DNA of 64,000 bases from Octopus vulgaris (taxonomy: Eukaryota). Each line of letters starts with the position of its first letter. The stretch's first letter is position 1. The stretch spans positions 12,586,001 to 12,650,000 of the forward strand of contig OX597818.1 of NCBI GenBank assembly GCA_951406725.2, in the 5' to 3' direction. Below are positions 14,754 through 28,325 of this stretch, in pieces. The notes beneath the pieces were generated by a model that worked only from the letters and a program-made list of their open reading frames with translations, had not been told where the DNA came from and did no database searches. The translations under genes were made by a program, and so were the position numbers.

Positions 14754-14990
14754 TATATACGTATATATACATTTGTACATATACGGATATATAAGTACAT
14801 ACAACTATACCCATTTACACAGGGAGGTAAGCCCTATATATATGTGGGTATATATGTCTATGTAGTTATGCAAGTATGTATGTTTAGTCCTGGTTATGCT
14901 TTCAACATGCTGTTTTATATGGATCCTGCCTGAACCCCAGCTGATCCAGAGTTGTTGATTCCCGTAGAATGTTGCATCCTGATGTAGAAG

Positions 14991-14992
<2 letters not shown>

Positions 14993-15086
<94 letters not shown>

Positions 15087-15116
15087 TGTATGTATGTATG
15101 TATGTATGTATGTATG

Positions 15117-15167
<51 letters not shown>

Positions 15168-15270
15168 ATAGATAGATAGATAGACAGACAGATATAGAAG
15201 TATGTATGTATGTATATGCATACACACACACACATATAATTATGTATGTATATATATGTGTGTGTGTATG
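14993..15270. repeat. Compound (TA)n/(TATG)n/(GA)n/(GATA)n microsatellite
   Basis: Read directly from the sequence. Confidence 0.95.
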
Positions 15271-16320
15271 CATAAGAATTAATACGAAAGAAGCTATCTA
15301 CATGCATTAGTACTACAGTAAGAAACATACATAATACAAGTATACATTATTTGCAAATACACATGCGCACATATATTCCTCTTCCATTATGATATATAAA
15401 GATTTACCTGTTATAATTTGGAACGCCTTTAACAATGTATTAATATATATGCATATAGAACAATATAGTTACCTTCACACACACACACACACATTGCGCG
15501 CGCATCCACCCCCAGACACACTTATAACAGATCGATACTTATAATTATGCCAACGCATACAAAATTACAAGATTATATACACTATTACTTATACTTATGT
15601 GTGTGTTTTGTGTGTATATGTGTACTTGTGTGCGTGTGTATATGTTCTTACAACACTATTCTCCAATTAATTGTCTGGCGTTCAGATTTTAGATGTCTGA
15701 CGATATCCCTCTAGGTAATAAATATTCGAAAATGGAGTTGTTCCTCTCAATTACATACGTTAATCTTGTAGGCGTGTCTGTATTTATATAGTTAATGTAC
15801 CATTGATTTGTTTGTTAACGCCGAATAGGAATCACATAATGTAGTGGATGTTCCTTTTATAGTGTTATCTGCTTAATCTTATGCATAATGACTTTTCAAA
15901 CATTCTTCTGGAGACGATTTGGAGTAAATGTCAGACTTAATATTTCCATTTATTCCTATGTGAAAACAGCATTGCTAAGTGAAAACGCATTGGCTCCTAC
16001 ATTCCTCATGTTACCCACTTTAATTCATGTTTTGTTGTTCTTCCTAGACATAACTAGAGAAAAGTTCAAATGTGTGGGGACGCATTAATTAGTTATTTGT
16101 TATTAAAAACTTACTCATTTGTGGTAAAGACACAATTGAAATTGAATCTATGTTAAAGAATTCTAATATGAACAATCGTAACAATGATTTTTTAGTGGCA
16201 AATGGTTCTGTTGCGTGTGATCAGAATTTCGATTGGCGGTTCAAAGCCTGTCACCAATTAAATTTGACATGTATTATTATTTCTTGGCTGATTCTACGTA
16301 ACTGTCAATATATAACATAT

Positions 16321-16522
16321 ATTAAGGCGGTGAGCTGGCAGAATCGTCTGCACACTGGACAAAAGGCTTAGCGGCATTTTGTCTGACTTCCCCGTTCTGA
16401 TTTCAAATACTGCTGAGATCAAATTTGCCTTTCATCCTTTCGATGTCGATAAAATACGTACCGGTTTAGTAATAGACATATCCCCTTCCCCGAAATTGCT
16501 GACCGTGTGCCAAAATTTGAAA
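16321..16522 (+). mobile_element. tRNA-derived SINE family B with TSD
   Basis: Head AAGGCGGTGAGCTGGCAGAATCG and core TTTGCCTTTCATCCTTTCG..GTCGATAAAAT. Direct repeat TCAATATATAACATAT at 16305-16320 and 16523-16538. Confidence 0.88.
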
Positions 16523-16892
16523 TCAATATATAACATATGTAGAGATACACTTTTGAATGCAGTAGGAGCACCAACAAACTTGTAAATATATTTGTTGGCT
16601 AATGTTGTTATTTGAAATATTACTTTGGGCTTGACGTTGTCAGGGCCAAGTTCTGACTTCTTGAAAGTCCAGGCTTATGCTACAAAACACAAACAGACGC
16701 AGACATCCACAGGCTAATGATTGTAGTCTGTCGTAGTCTGAGTAAAATACTTCTGAAATTTCTTGCTAAACTACCCGCACATATGATTTGTTTATATTGA
16801 CCAATTATATATCCTGGAGATTAGCTTACTCCCTCCATCAAATGAACGTTTCCTGAACAGCAGTATGGCGTACCACTTGTCATGTGTCGAAG

Positions 16893-17010
16893 TGTCACAG
16901 AACAACGTGAGATACCATTTTTACAGAAGAATACAGCGCACCACATGGTCCAGAAATTGAAACCAAGATCCTGCGTGCAAAACCCTTACCTCGTGGCCAT
17001 GCAGCTTCAC
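16893..17010 (-). mobile_element. SINE family C fragment (diverged head)
   Basis: Homologous to 12330-12432 (CAACGTGAGATA...GAATACAGCGCA...GGTCC.GAAATTGAA). Confidence 0.55.
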
Positions 17011-19300
17011 ACACAAATACACTCGCGTATATGTATAAAGTATATAAATTACTAAAATAGTAAGTTTTAGCATAAGATGCAAATAAATTTACATGTCTAC
17101 ACCCCATATATGTCGCCCCACCCAGTGAAAACATCATGTGTAGTTGATTCAGCAAAAATGTATATCCATATTAATGAAACCTAATTATGTGAAAGACTTG
17201 ACAATATCCACAAAAGTTTCTCCCCACGGGGACCGTTCGAAAGACAAACAGATAAATGAAAATTGTAAGAACATACTGATTAAATCGAATTTCATTGGCC
17301 AGTAACCGTGAAGATTAAAATTGCGCCTTTCAATGGGGAGAGATGCTAAGTTGCCAGTAGATCCGGTTCTTGATTATTGTTTATTTTATGCGACAAATAT
17401 GAGATCCATTCCTCTAATGGGAATCTATGTTAAAGCTTTGTATTATATAAACGTTGGTCACACTAGTTTGGAATTTAGGTAAACATCAAGCAAACACGGT
17501 GTCTATGGAAATGCAAAGGTAGAGAGTATCATTCGACCTAAGTTATAAATAAATAGCTCGTAAATGATATAAAAGAATTCTCAGCTTATCATGCTATCGT
17601 ACGTTCCTCTATTGTGCAGTTACATAAGGTGAAATGGATCGATAAGAAAATAGTTCACATATAAGTTCCTATATATTTTATACGAAGAAGAAAGAGAAAA
17701 GCATCTTTTGTTCGGTTCATGCCAAAATAGGATTGTAGCTAATAAAAGAGTAAGGAATTTAAAACCGTTGTTAAGGATTTAGTTCTCATAACACATATGT
17801 ACCACGATCTTTCCAACTCCAATAAAGGGAGAGAAAGCTGTAATTGCTTTGGTAAAACGACGTCCCAAATCAAACATCGCAAATAAAAAAAAATCTCCGT
17901 TCTCACAGGCAATATCCAATATCCCGCATAATTGCCCATTTTTACAATCCTACCTTTTTAAAGAAGTTTGCTATATATATAGCAAGCTTCACATCCATTG
18001 AAGAGATTATTTTACACGACTTACTGCAAAAAACTCCAAAGTTAAATTCTAGGATATGTCTTTTATACACACTTAATTTTAGGGGTGTACATAATTATAC
18101 CTTAACATCACGGTATTAAAATGTTTCAGTATCCTATCATATCTTGGCCAGAACCATACTATCCATACAAAAGAAAGAAAATATCCAGCTTATGTTTATC
18201 CGAAAATTATAAAAACCAGAGCAGAACAATATTTAATAGGAGATTTTAATTTAATTTGATGAAAGGAAAATACAAAATTAATTCAAGCTGGCAGAATTCC
18301 CTGCCGAACAGCATCATTATCTATATGTGTTATGCACGAATATTTGTCTCTGTCTGTCTGTATGTATGTATTATGTATGTTTGTTGTATTTCTGTTTTAA
18401 AATTAGAATAAATTTCGACCGTACACCCACTTTGTAACAAGGGTGTTGTTGAAAGTATCTTGTTTTGTTCATCATCATTTAAATCTTTTACGTCTTTCAA
18501 GTTTTTATAGTCCCAGACATCGTGATTATTTGTAGTGTATTAATTAATAATTAGCGTTCCCTCTCCAGTAATCCAAGTTCCACCATACTTTACTCCAGAC
18601 GGGTTGGTACGTGACGCGTTGCTTCAGAAGTAGGTATGAAGCTGAAAATATTGGGTATTGGATTTGCATATCCTGATCATTGTTCCATAGATGTCCTCTT
18701 TGTTTTGTATTTTACCAACTTTGTTGGTGTTCAGAGGTCAGCTGATTCCCATAACACAATAAACTATTTTATGAGGTCCCAACTTGGAGGCTGTTTTAAT
18801 TTTGAAGTTACATCATCATTCTTTTGGCCCCTCAGTCTCAATTTCTTCACTTTCGTCTGTATATATTTTTCTTTCTCTACCTGTTCTGCCCACCGAATCA
18901 AGCCCCATGTGAATATATCTGGAATGCACTCTCTCGAAGCTGGCAATATTGTGATTGATATATTCAGTGTTGGTCTTGCACAGCCTATATTAGTTGTCTG
19001 TCAATGTTTTCTGCCTTTTATGTTGTAGGTACTTGGTGAGGATCCCTTGTTCTTGAATTGCATGGATGTAACCTTCTAAATGGGATGTCATAAACATGTC
19101 GGTAGTCCATACTAAGCTTTTGACATGGTCAGTTCTTTCTATGGTTAGTGCTTCTCGTGCCAAGTACCCATGCACTATCTTGTCAGTGAAGTGGTTCATT
19201 TTTTATTTTGTTCTTTTGATAAATAAATTTCCCCAATGAGCCTGGGGAAGAGATATGCATCAGCTTTCATTTCATGCCTCTTTTCAAGTCCAATAGCTAA

Positions 19301-19406
19301 GTCCTGTAAAATAATTCTATATCCTTAATGGACGTGAAGGTTGTTATATATAGCGACCTTCTTAAAAAGGTAGGATTGTAAAAATGGGCAATTCGGAGCG
19401 AAATTG
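19301..19406. mobile_element. 106-bp insertion with 9-bp TSD inside the LINE
   Basis: AATAGCTAA at 19292-19300 and 19407-19415. The insert is homologous (inverted) to 17930-18025. Confidence 0.85.
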
Positions 19407-20556
19407 AATAGCTAATCTCCTAAATATATTGTTGATTTTATGCTCACAAACTCGTGCAAGATAGTTACTGGTCTTTTCCCCTTTCCTGCAGATGTTGATT
19501 CAGTGTCACAATAAGTGCTTCACATAACATCAATACAAATTTGAGACTACAGACACCATCCTTGCTCAGGAGGTATAGCCTGTCTACATATCCATTGATG
19601 TTGAAGTTTTCTGTAACACTTAATAGCTTGCGAGTTAGAACATCTATCTCATTGAGTCCTTGTTGTACCCTGTTCAGAAGTCCAAACGTGGGCGTGAGGA
19701 GAGGTATTGCAAAGATGTTGTAGGCAATATACTTATTAGCTGAGAGGTCTGATGACCATATTTGTTTTGTATTGTCAAACCATTCATTTTTGTGTTTTCA
19801 GAGGAGGACACAACTGTAGCACATTTTGTCATCAAAAAATCACATTTAGACCAAATTTCATTCTAACGTCTGTAAAATGTTGAGTATGAAACTGGGTAAT
19901 GAGATGCAATTGCTTTTTTTTAATTTTGTATGCAGTCGAAATTTGGTCCATACAGTTTCAGGCCATAGAAAAGACGGAAGTACAAAGAACTGAGATAATT
20001 CTTTTAATGGGAATAAAATTTTATTTTGTAAGTTACGAATCCATGCTAGTTCAGGCCTTTAGCTTGGACTTCGATTGCGTCGTTTCAGCTCTTTGCCATG
20101 CACTAGAAATGTAATAGCTGAGACATTGATCAAAAGATGAATGGTGTCGTAAGTGGTTTTCGCACCTCTAAATTGTCTGGTCTTCATATATTTCTTTGCT
20201 ATTTCGACAGGTACGTTTAATTCTAATTTACTTGGTTATTTATATATACCGGTATTGTATGGTCTGCCATTCAAATTAAGGTTGGTGACCTGTTGAAACA
20301 TATCATGCCAGAACACTTGTAAAGCGCGCGCAAGTTTTTGGTCTTCTGTTTGCACAACAGAGGTATGAATTTCAGCTAAATTACTGGTGTGTTGTTTACT
20401 GCTAGATTTAGCTGACCGTTCTTTCTATCCAACAGTGGAAGTGGGATGACTATCTTCAATTACTGGTTTTGTAACGTTAGCGTGCTTTGAATCAGATACT
20501 TCCGTTACATATATCACTTTACATCTCATGATAAGTTTTACTCCTTCATTGAAATG

Positions 20557-20674
20557 TCACGTGATCACGTGACCGACCAGACCATCAGATGTTGTTACAC
20601 ATCGCTGGTCACAATGCTTTCGCATTGTTTTAGCCTTTGAATGACGCCACTCCGCTGGCTAAGCGAGCAGGCCA
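20557..20674 (-). mobile_element. 118-bp 5'-truncated retroposon 3' end with 11-bp TSD
   Basis: TCATTGAAATG at 20546-20556 and 20675-20685. The minus strand ends in the tandem (TCACGTGA)2 tail. Confidence 0.85.
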
Positions 20675-20789
20675 TCATTGAAATGCATTTCGGGAAAATA
20701 TAAATCTTAGTTTTTGGAGTTCTACAACTTTATTAGCCTTTGCATAACACCGAACTTTTGGGAGTCGGATTGTATATGATTGTATATGT

Positions 20790-22767
20790 TTGTGCCGAGC
20801 AATTGTAAATCAACAAAACTGTTATGTCAGAGGTGCGAGAACATAGAAGGAGCCGAGTTTCAATGTGGCTAGACTACAAGAAAGCCTTTGACTATTCCTC
20901 ACTCATGGATGCTAGAAGACTTTCAACTTGCTAAAGTTCCCGTGAGTATAGTCAAAGCCATAGCTGACCTCACTTCATCGTGGGCCACCATCTTGAAATT
21001 AAATACAAAGAGTGACTGTATTATCACGGATAGAATACAGTATCGCAAAGGCATATTCCAAGGGGACAACCTGTTTGTGATGTTTTTTATACATCCTGTA
21101 ACACCCCTGTCATTCATGTTAAGGAAGTATGAAGGATATCTCATTGGTTCTCAGAAATACCAAAATTACATACTGTTTCTTTGTGGATGACTTGAAACTT
21201 TATCCAAAGAATATGCATTAGATGAAAAAGAGCTTTCTCCTAGTTACAATATTCTCAAAGGATGTAGGGTTGGAATGTGGTCTGTTATATGGTTGTGAAA
21301 AGGGGAAAAAACTATAAACCAAACTAGTGACACCTCCATCAATGATTTGACTGTTTTCCCTATATCTGACGAGAAATGTTCCATGTATCTAGGGGTGGAT
21401 GAAAACATATCTTATAAAGGCACTTGCAATAGAACGCAAGTCACTAGGGTGACTCAATAAATAAAGTTTGGATCTCAGAATTCTCTATGTTCAATAAAAC
21501 TGTGGCCCACAATTTGTTTGCAGTGTCAATATTCATACCAACATTTGGGCTGCTTGATTGGAACTTTGATAAGATTCGAAACTTCGATGTGAAAACCCGA
21601 AATATGCTAACATGCCCACATAATTTCCACATGAACATTAACGTAGCGGCAGTAAAAAATCAGTAAAATATGTGGAGTTAACATCGAAGATATCACCCAC
21701 ATCATAAGATGTCCAAAAATGTCATCGCAGTGTTTTCTACCGATGAGATATGATGTTGTAGCTACGGCACGTATAATGAAATCCGTCGGAAGGATAACCT
21801 GAAAAAGGAATACCTACGCTGAACTATTAGGAAATCTGCAGTTATTCTATCCAGATTACAAGTTTAGGTTTATTCCTGTAATTATTGGGGTCCTTGGATA
21901 TGTAACACACTGCCTAAATACCATTCTTGAGAAATTTGGCTTCTCAAAACCAGAAAGGAGAAAACTAAGACTACAGATCCAATCCATCACCGGAACTGTA
22001 AAAATTTGTAAAACGTTCCAGAGGTATATGTGCCTGAGAATGCTTACATAACGCAAAACATACAAATCTGCACATATACATACATACATGGTGTCTGCCC
22101 CCTCGTTATCGAGTATGGCCATTGCACGAAGCTTAATCAATGTTGTTATCGTGCAAGAAGATTTTTTTAAGTGAGAAAATGCTGTGCACTGAGTCAATCA
22201 CACTCACTAAGCAACAGCAGCCATAATCCGAAAACGAGAACAAGTCAACATCATCGGTAACCACTGAGCCGTAGGTTTTATGTCGGATTTATCCCAGTTT
22301 CCTGAGTTACCTTCTCCTAGAAGGATGCCCTAACAAAGGCTAGGAGTCCTTCATTCCCAATGGTTTAACCGCGCGATCGGGTATTCAGTCCGATTATTTC
22401 TATGTCCCGGCGCATGATACAGCTTTAAGACATTTATTGAATGGCCGTTGACTCTCAAGATTTCCTCCGCCCTTTGACGGGTTTTGTTTTTCATCCTGCA
22501 GGGTGTCCAGTAAACACCCTCCTCACCAAGCAAGCTTGGTGGGGTTGCCGGTTTAGTCGCCAACGACCCAACCATGCAACAGGTTGTACTGGGTTATATG
22601 TTACCAGTAGCACTCAAAAGTGACCTGACATACGCATACATACATACACATACATACATACATACATACATACATACATACATACATACATACATACATA
22701 CATACATACATACATACATACATACATACCACACACACACACATACATACATACATACATACATACA

Positions 22768-22801
<34 letters not shown>

Positions 22802-22930
22802 ATACATACATGCAAAGAAAAATACCGTGTTATTGATGTTGATTTTCCAATAAAGGAGATTTGAATGTAGGTTAGAAACCGGCTCTTTCTCTATTGGCAA
22901 GGAAAGTTAAAATAAAACTGAACAATAACG
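20790..22930 (+). mobile_element. R4/Dong-type LINE pseudogene, 5'-truncated, same family as 3080-5960
   Basis: Motifs WLDYKKAFD..PHSWM, KGIFQGDNL, CFFVDDLKLY, YLGV, ICGVNIEDITHII.RCP and FIPVIIGVLGYV..IQSITGTVKICKTF. The PD..D region is deleted. Strong nucleotide similarity to 4735-5550. Confidence 0.88.
22090..22628 (-). mobile_element. Non-coding RTE-related element nested in the (TACA)n of the LINE 3' UTR
   Basis: GC-richer island flanked on both sides by TACA repeats. The minus strand contains GGCATCCTTCTAGGAGAAGGTAACTC, resembling the RTE 5'-UTR motif from recall, and ends in (ATGT)n. Confidence 0.6.
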
Positions 22931-23414
22931 TACATACACATACACACACATATTTATATACATACATATACATACATAAATGCACACACACATACATATA
23001 TGTGCTATGTGGTGATTGGTTTTGTGTGTGAGCGTGTATATAAATAACTGATATAAAGATATATATATATATATAAATATATATATATAAATATACATAT
23101 ATATATATATATGTATATATTTCTCCCACACGTTCGCAGTGTCTACACTACAGTACTTTTACCATGCGATGGTGAAGACTCGTTCCTGTTTCATAATATA
23201 CGATACATTATGCATATAAATTACATATGAATAAAAATTCCTTTCTAATAGAGTTTATGCGTCATGCACGAGTAAATACTTATGCATACACGTGAGCAGT
23301 GTTCTACAGATGTATATATACATATATATATAAATGTATATGTGTATGTGTGAGTGTGTGTGTGTGTGTATCACATAAATGTATTTGTCTTTATACATAT
23401 GTATGAATATGTAC

Positions 23415-23670
<256 letters not shown>

Positions 23671-24427
23671 TCCATATACACACAATCTATCATTCACATG
23701 CACGCACACATGCTGTGTGTGCGTGTTGCCGTAGATGTGTATGTGCGTAGCTGTGTGAGTGTGTACGTGTGTGTGTGCGTAGGGGCGTTCGTGTGTGTGA
23801 GTTTGTGCGCGTATAGTGTATGCCAGTAAAAACGAGTGTGATTTATGGCTACCATATTCACTCACATATTGTTGCAATTAGTTCTTCTTCAATAACCATT
23901 AACTTCATTCCACTGAATTGTGCGAAATCTATTTACATGATTTTAGAACCTATTTAGATAGACAAGTGTGAATTTAAGGGTGCAGCATTCAGCTAATAAC
24001 GTGACAATTGTCATATCAAATGCACCATTACACTCACTACATCCGCTGCGTCTAGTTGCATTATTCAATAGAAACAATTATACGAACTGATAATAATATA
24101 AAATTTTTGATAGCACAACAATTCCTTTAATCACGTTAATGACGAGTTATGCGCATAGGAAATAACGACATCGTTACAGTTGATAACTGAAATGGATATC
24201 TGAAAGTTATTTGTTAACTACCTAAGATATCCTAATATACCTGTCTTTTCGGGAATATTAGCGAAATAAAAAAAAAAAATGTTGCTTCTTATCTTAAGAT
24301 TGAAAATTGTCATGAAATTCCTTTCCAGTAAAATGTATATGCCTACCGGGGTGGGTACAAACACGTGAATTTATGCAGCAGGTTTTCTGCCGGCCATTTT
24401 ACGATCTCATTTCAATTGCTGCCGCCG

Positions 24428-24473
24428 CAGAATAATAAAAATAATAACAATAATAATAATACTAATAATGATG

Positions 24474-24537
<64 letters not shown>

Positions 24538-24766
24538 TAAAAAAGAATTAAAAAAAAATATTCAGACAAATACATAACAAAAACACCAGGACTTACAAAC
24601 ACATATAACATACAGAAAATTGCACTACTAGGCACTGCACACATCCTACGCAGAACACTTTCCATACAATAACCATCAGAGCATCACAACAAATCACAGC
24701 ACATACCCAAGGCACACAGAGCTGTGCTCGGTAGTGAAGTGAAAGCACGCTATAAAAATAAAACTA

Positions 24767-24813
<47 letters not shown>

Positions 24814-24815
24814 TG

Positions 24816-24888
<73 letters not shown>

Positions 24889-24950
24889 TGATGATGATAA
24901 TAATAATAATAATAATAATGATGATGATGATGATGATAATAATAATAAGA
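24428..24950. repeat. (TAA)n/(TGA)n microsatellite interrupted by a LINE 3' end
   Basis: TAA runs at about 24428-24540 and 24770-24950. Confidence 0.95.
24545..24772 (+). mobile_element. Dong/R4 3'-terminal fragment inserted in (TAA)n
   Basis: KKYSDKYITKTPGLTNTYNIQKIALLGTAHILRRTLSIQ* followed by a 3' UTR running into TAA repeats. Confidence 0.9.
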
Positions 24951-25925
24951 ATAGTATGGTGCTAGATGCTAGTATTTTGAACAAGATAGATTGTTTCAGT
25001 GAAATAGAAAGCGTCGTTTTTTTGAGGAAATAGAGAGGAAATAGGTAACTCCTGATGCGGAAGAAAGTAAAGTATTTTCTGGAGAACTTTGAAGCTAGCC
25101 ATTGAAACATAAAAAATGCAGAGTGACTAAGACAGGTGGAGAGACAAATTACGACTGTACCAAGATAAAAATACGTTAGAACTGATCTGTAATTAGACAG
25201 ACGGAGTTAAAATAAACCCTGAGAAGCATAGCAAATCGGAAAGGACCAGGCCCAGATGGAGTACAAGGTTGCTGGCTGAAGTACTTCACTCAGTTGCTTG
25301 AAGGGATCGTTGCACGCCTGGATGAAAGCCTGCAGCATGATCACGTCCTTACCTGGATGACAAGTGGGCAAACATTGTCATGACTGAAGGACCACTTGAA
25401 AGCTAAATTGGCATCAAATTTTCGATCTATAAAATGTTTACCACCTATATCGAAGCTTATGAGCGGTGCCTTGGTGGAAAGGTTATATGATCACCTGGAA
25501 AGTAACAAAGGATGCAGGGAGCAAAGCAGGGCAGCAAAAAAACGACTTAATAGTTTGATAACGTGATGATTAAAAATAGAAGTTCAGATTGTTGGGATTG
25601 AATGTAGGATGGTTGGATTACAGAAAAGCATATGATATGATACGCGCAACTGGATAAGTAAAATATTGTGCATTTTGAAGTGGCAGAAAATATGGAGAAA
25701 ATGGTCAATGAAAGAATTGGGAAAAGAAGCAACTAAACGATCAGATTGCCCGAATGTGGGCAATTTGATCTTTAAGCAAATGTGATCCCTGTACTTTGGG
25801 AGCATTAACAACCACGCTCAAGAAATTTGTTGGAGGAATTAGGATTAAATCTGTTATGCGAGTAGAGCATTCTCTGAAACTTGCTTTATTGGGTACAGCG
25901 AGTATTTTGAGAATGATACATGGGT
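24950..25925 (+). mobile_element. Older Dong/R4 LINE relic with internal deletions
   Basis: Motifs KGPGPDGVQGCWLKYF, NFRSIKCLP, KGCR, WLDYRKAYD and KLALLGTASILR. Confidence 0.85.
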
Positions 25926-25959
25926 GATAAGTATTGTGGAAGAAGAACCTGTGAAACTT

Positions 25960-26180
25960 TTGACAAGTTATCCACTTTGACAGAAATATACATTGTTTTC
26001 TGCAAGGTTTTGATCACTTCTAAAACATCTATTATTATATGGATAGGGATTGTTACTGGTTTCAGCCGCCACGCTTGTGTTATCTCCACTTCTAGTTGTT
26101 TATAAGTTCTATAGCTGTTTTTAGAGAGAGATACATTGCTTAGAAAGCATTGTTTTCTAGGTGGGCCTTGACAAGAAGAA
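25960..26180 (-). mobile_element. Dong/R4 endonuclease C-terminal fragment
   Basis: SNVSLSK..YKQLEVEITQAWRLKPVTIPI..IIDVL. Confidence 0.7.
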
Positions 26181-27908
26181 ACACCTCCACCACCACCACC
26201 ACCAACAACAACAACACCAACACCACCATTCACGCACATGCAAAGTTTTTTTCAGATTATATATATACAAACATGCATAAAATCTCACCCACACATGTGT
26301 ACACACGCACACACATACACACGCGGGCGTTGATTGTGTTAGTGTTATAAAAATAAGCACACACATACATACATATAGAAGGAAGGTGTGAAACGGAGAG
26401 ACTATACAAGACTGAAACATTGTCTTTTCTTAAATTATGTTTATTAATAATTTTTAAAAAAAAATTTTAATTTTAAATAAAATGGAAATATTTTCAAATC
26501 TTTTTTGAGCAGAAACAAATGCATAGTTATATATATTACACCTTACCAGGAATCCAGTCTTACCGATATTGATCTACGAATTGGCTACAAAATATTACAG
26601 TTCGCTTCACACTGTAGCGTATCCGTGAAACTGCTTCACTATTTAATTTGTTGAAACCGAGTATTATGTTGATAGAAATTTAAAAAAAAATTGGAAATCA
26701 AATTCACAGGAAATTGACAAATGCTCATAGTTTTTATATGACCAAATAAAATTTGTTGAATTTATAGCTTTTCCAGTAATAATATCACTATTAAAGTAAC
26801 TATAAGTGGCATTAAGCGTATATGTAAGCAGATTATTTAAAAATTTTAGTCATAAAAAATATTTGAAATAACCCCGAAATGCTTAAATTAAAGGAAACAT
26901 GAAAGAATTAAATAATTAGATGAAGATCACATAAATGCAAAGTTATAGACTTATATAATAAATTTTCATATTTACTTTGCACATAATGTTACAATGAATG
27001 CAAAAGATAAAAAAAAAGCATAATATATGCCAATTATCTAGATGACTTCACAAACATTGAGCTCAGTATATTAGCGCGATTACTTTGTAACTGGTGCAAA
27101 ACGGTAGAATGACAACCAGTGAACTAAGGCGTCAGCTTCAGAGATTTAAGCATACTGTTATCAATATCTAGTCTACCTGGAGCCATTTACTTGTTGATCA
27201 TACGAGTTACAGACAGTAGTTTATCGTATTTATGAAATCGGATCATGCATAATTTTGATTGCTTAAACAATCAATAGAATTCTGTCGTTAATTTATGATT
27301 CTGCCGATGCTGATTTTACTCTCAACTCTTCAATCTATTCCGGTTAATGTCAATCTGCGACAGTTTTCTATCAGCTTTCAGCTCATATATCGAATACGAC
27401 TGCGCTGTTTATATGATTGATTTTTTGTCAGCCCCTAATGGACTATTTTCATAGCGACATCTGAACGTTTGTATACACTTGCAATTGCACTCTTTTGCTT
27501 GTCAAACTATTTTGCGAATGTATCAGTTACACAGAGATAAAACAAATCATAAATTAGTGCGTTAGTAAAAAAATAAAACATACATAAACACAAAATGTTA
27601 TTTTCTCAATCTAATAAATATCAAGAGTGAATGTCTGATCAATAGAGACGTTTCCCCTTCAGCAGCATGTAATGAAAATAAGATATATCAACTGATAACA
27701 TTCATGGCAAAACAAAATAATTTATGACTATGGTCATTTTAACTAATAATGTCCGGTCAGTATTTAGCGGCACCATGTTATATTTATAGTGTCGGCTTTA
27801 ATATCCTTACAGATGATATCTAACATTTAACGGGCGGGTTTAATGTATCGAATGTATCAATCACAATAAATGGTGATGTCATATATCTTGCACAACGTTT
27901 ATAATATT

Positions 27909-28325
27909 TATTTCTTTATTGCCCACAGGGGGCTAAACATAAAGGGAAGAAAGAAGAACAGACAAAGGGATTAAGTCGATTACATTAACTCTAGTGCGTA
28001 ACTGGTACTTATTTAATCGACCCCGAAAGGATGAAAGGCAAAGTCGACCTAGGCGGAATTTGAACTCAGAACATAGCGGCAGACCAAATACCTATTTCTT
28101 TACTACCAAGACGGAGCTAAACACAGAGAAGACAAAAAAGGGTAGACAAACAGATTAAGTCGATTACATCGACCCCAGTGCGTAACTGGTACTTATTTAA
28201 TTGACCCCGAAAAGATGAAAGGCAAAGTCGACCTCGGCGGAATTTGAACTTAGAACGTAATGACAGACGAAATACGGCTACACATTTTGCCCGGCGTGCT
28301 AACGTTTCTGTCAGCTCGCCGCCTT
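27909..28325 (-). mobile_element. SINE family B internal dimer with perfect 17-bp TSD
   Basis: Two tandem bodies (GATGAAAGGCAAAGTCGACCT.GGCGGAATTTGAACT) and one head. ACAACGTTTATAATATT at 27892-27908 and 28326-28342. Confidence 0.92.

Larger units (their letters stand above)
18240..20770 (-). mobile_element. R4/Dong-type LINE pseudogene: N-terminal part plus thumb, CCHC and endonuclease region, with the RT core deleted
   Basis: Motifs IWSSDLSANKYIAYNIFAIPLLTPTFGLL, EIDVLTRKLL, VDRLYL, KIVHGY, LEGYIHAIQEQ.ILTKY and RLCKTNTE.INH, with a TACA-like tract in the 3' UTR. Two small TSD-flanked insertions interrupt it. Boundaries are approximate. Confidence 0.8.

Noticed and set aside
14880-14990. 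Unique island between microsatellites with a possible minus-strand acceptor
   Set aside because: No convincing donor and no recognisable peptide.
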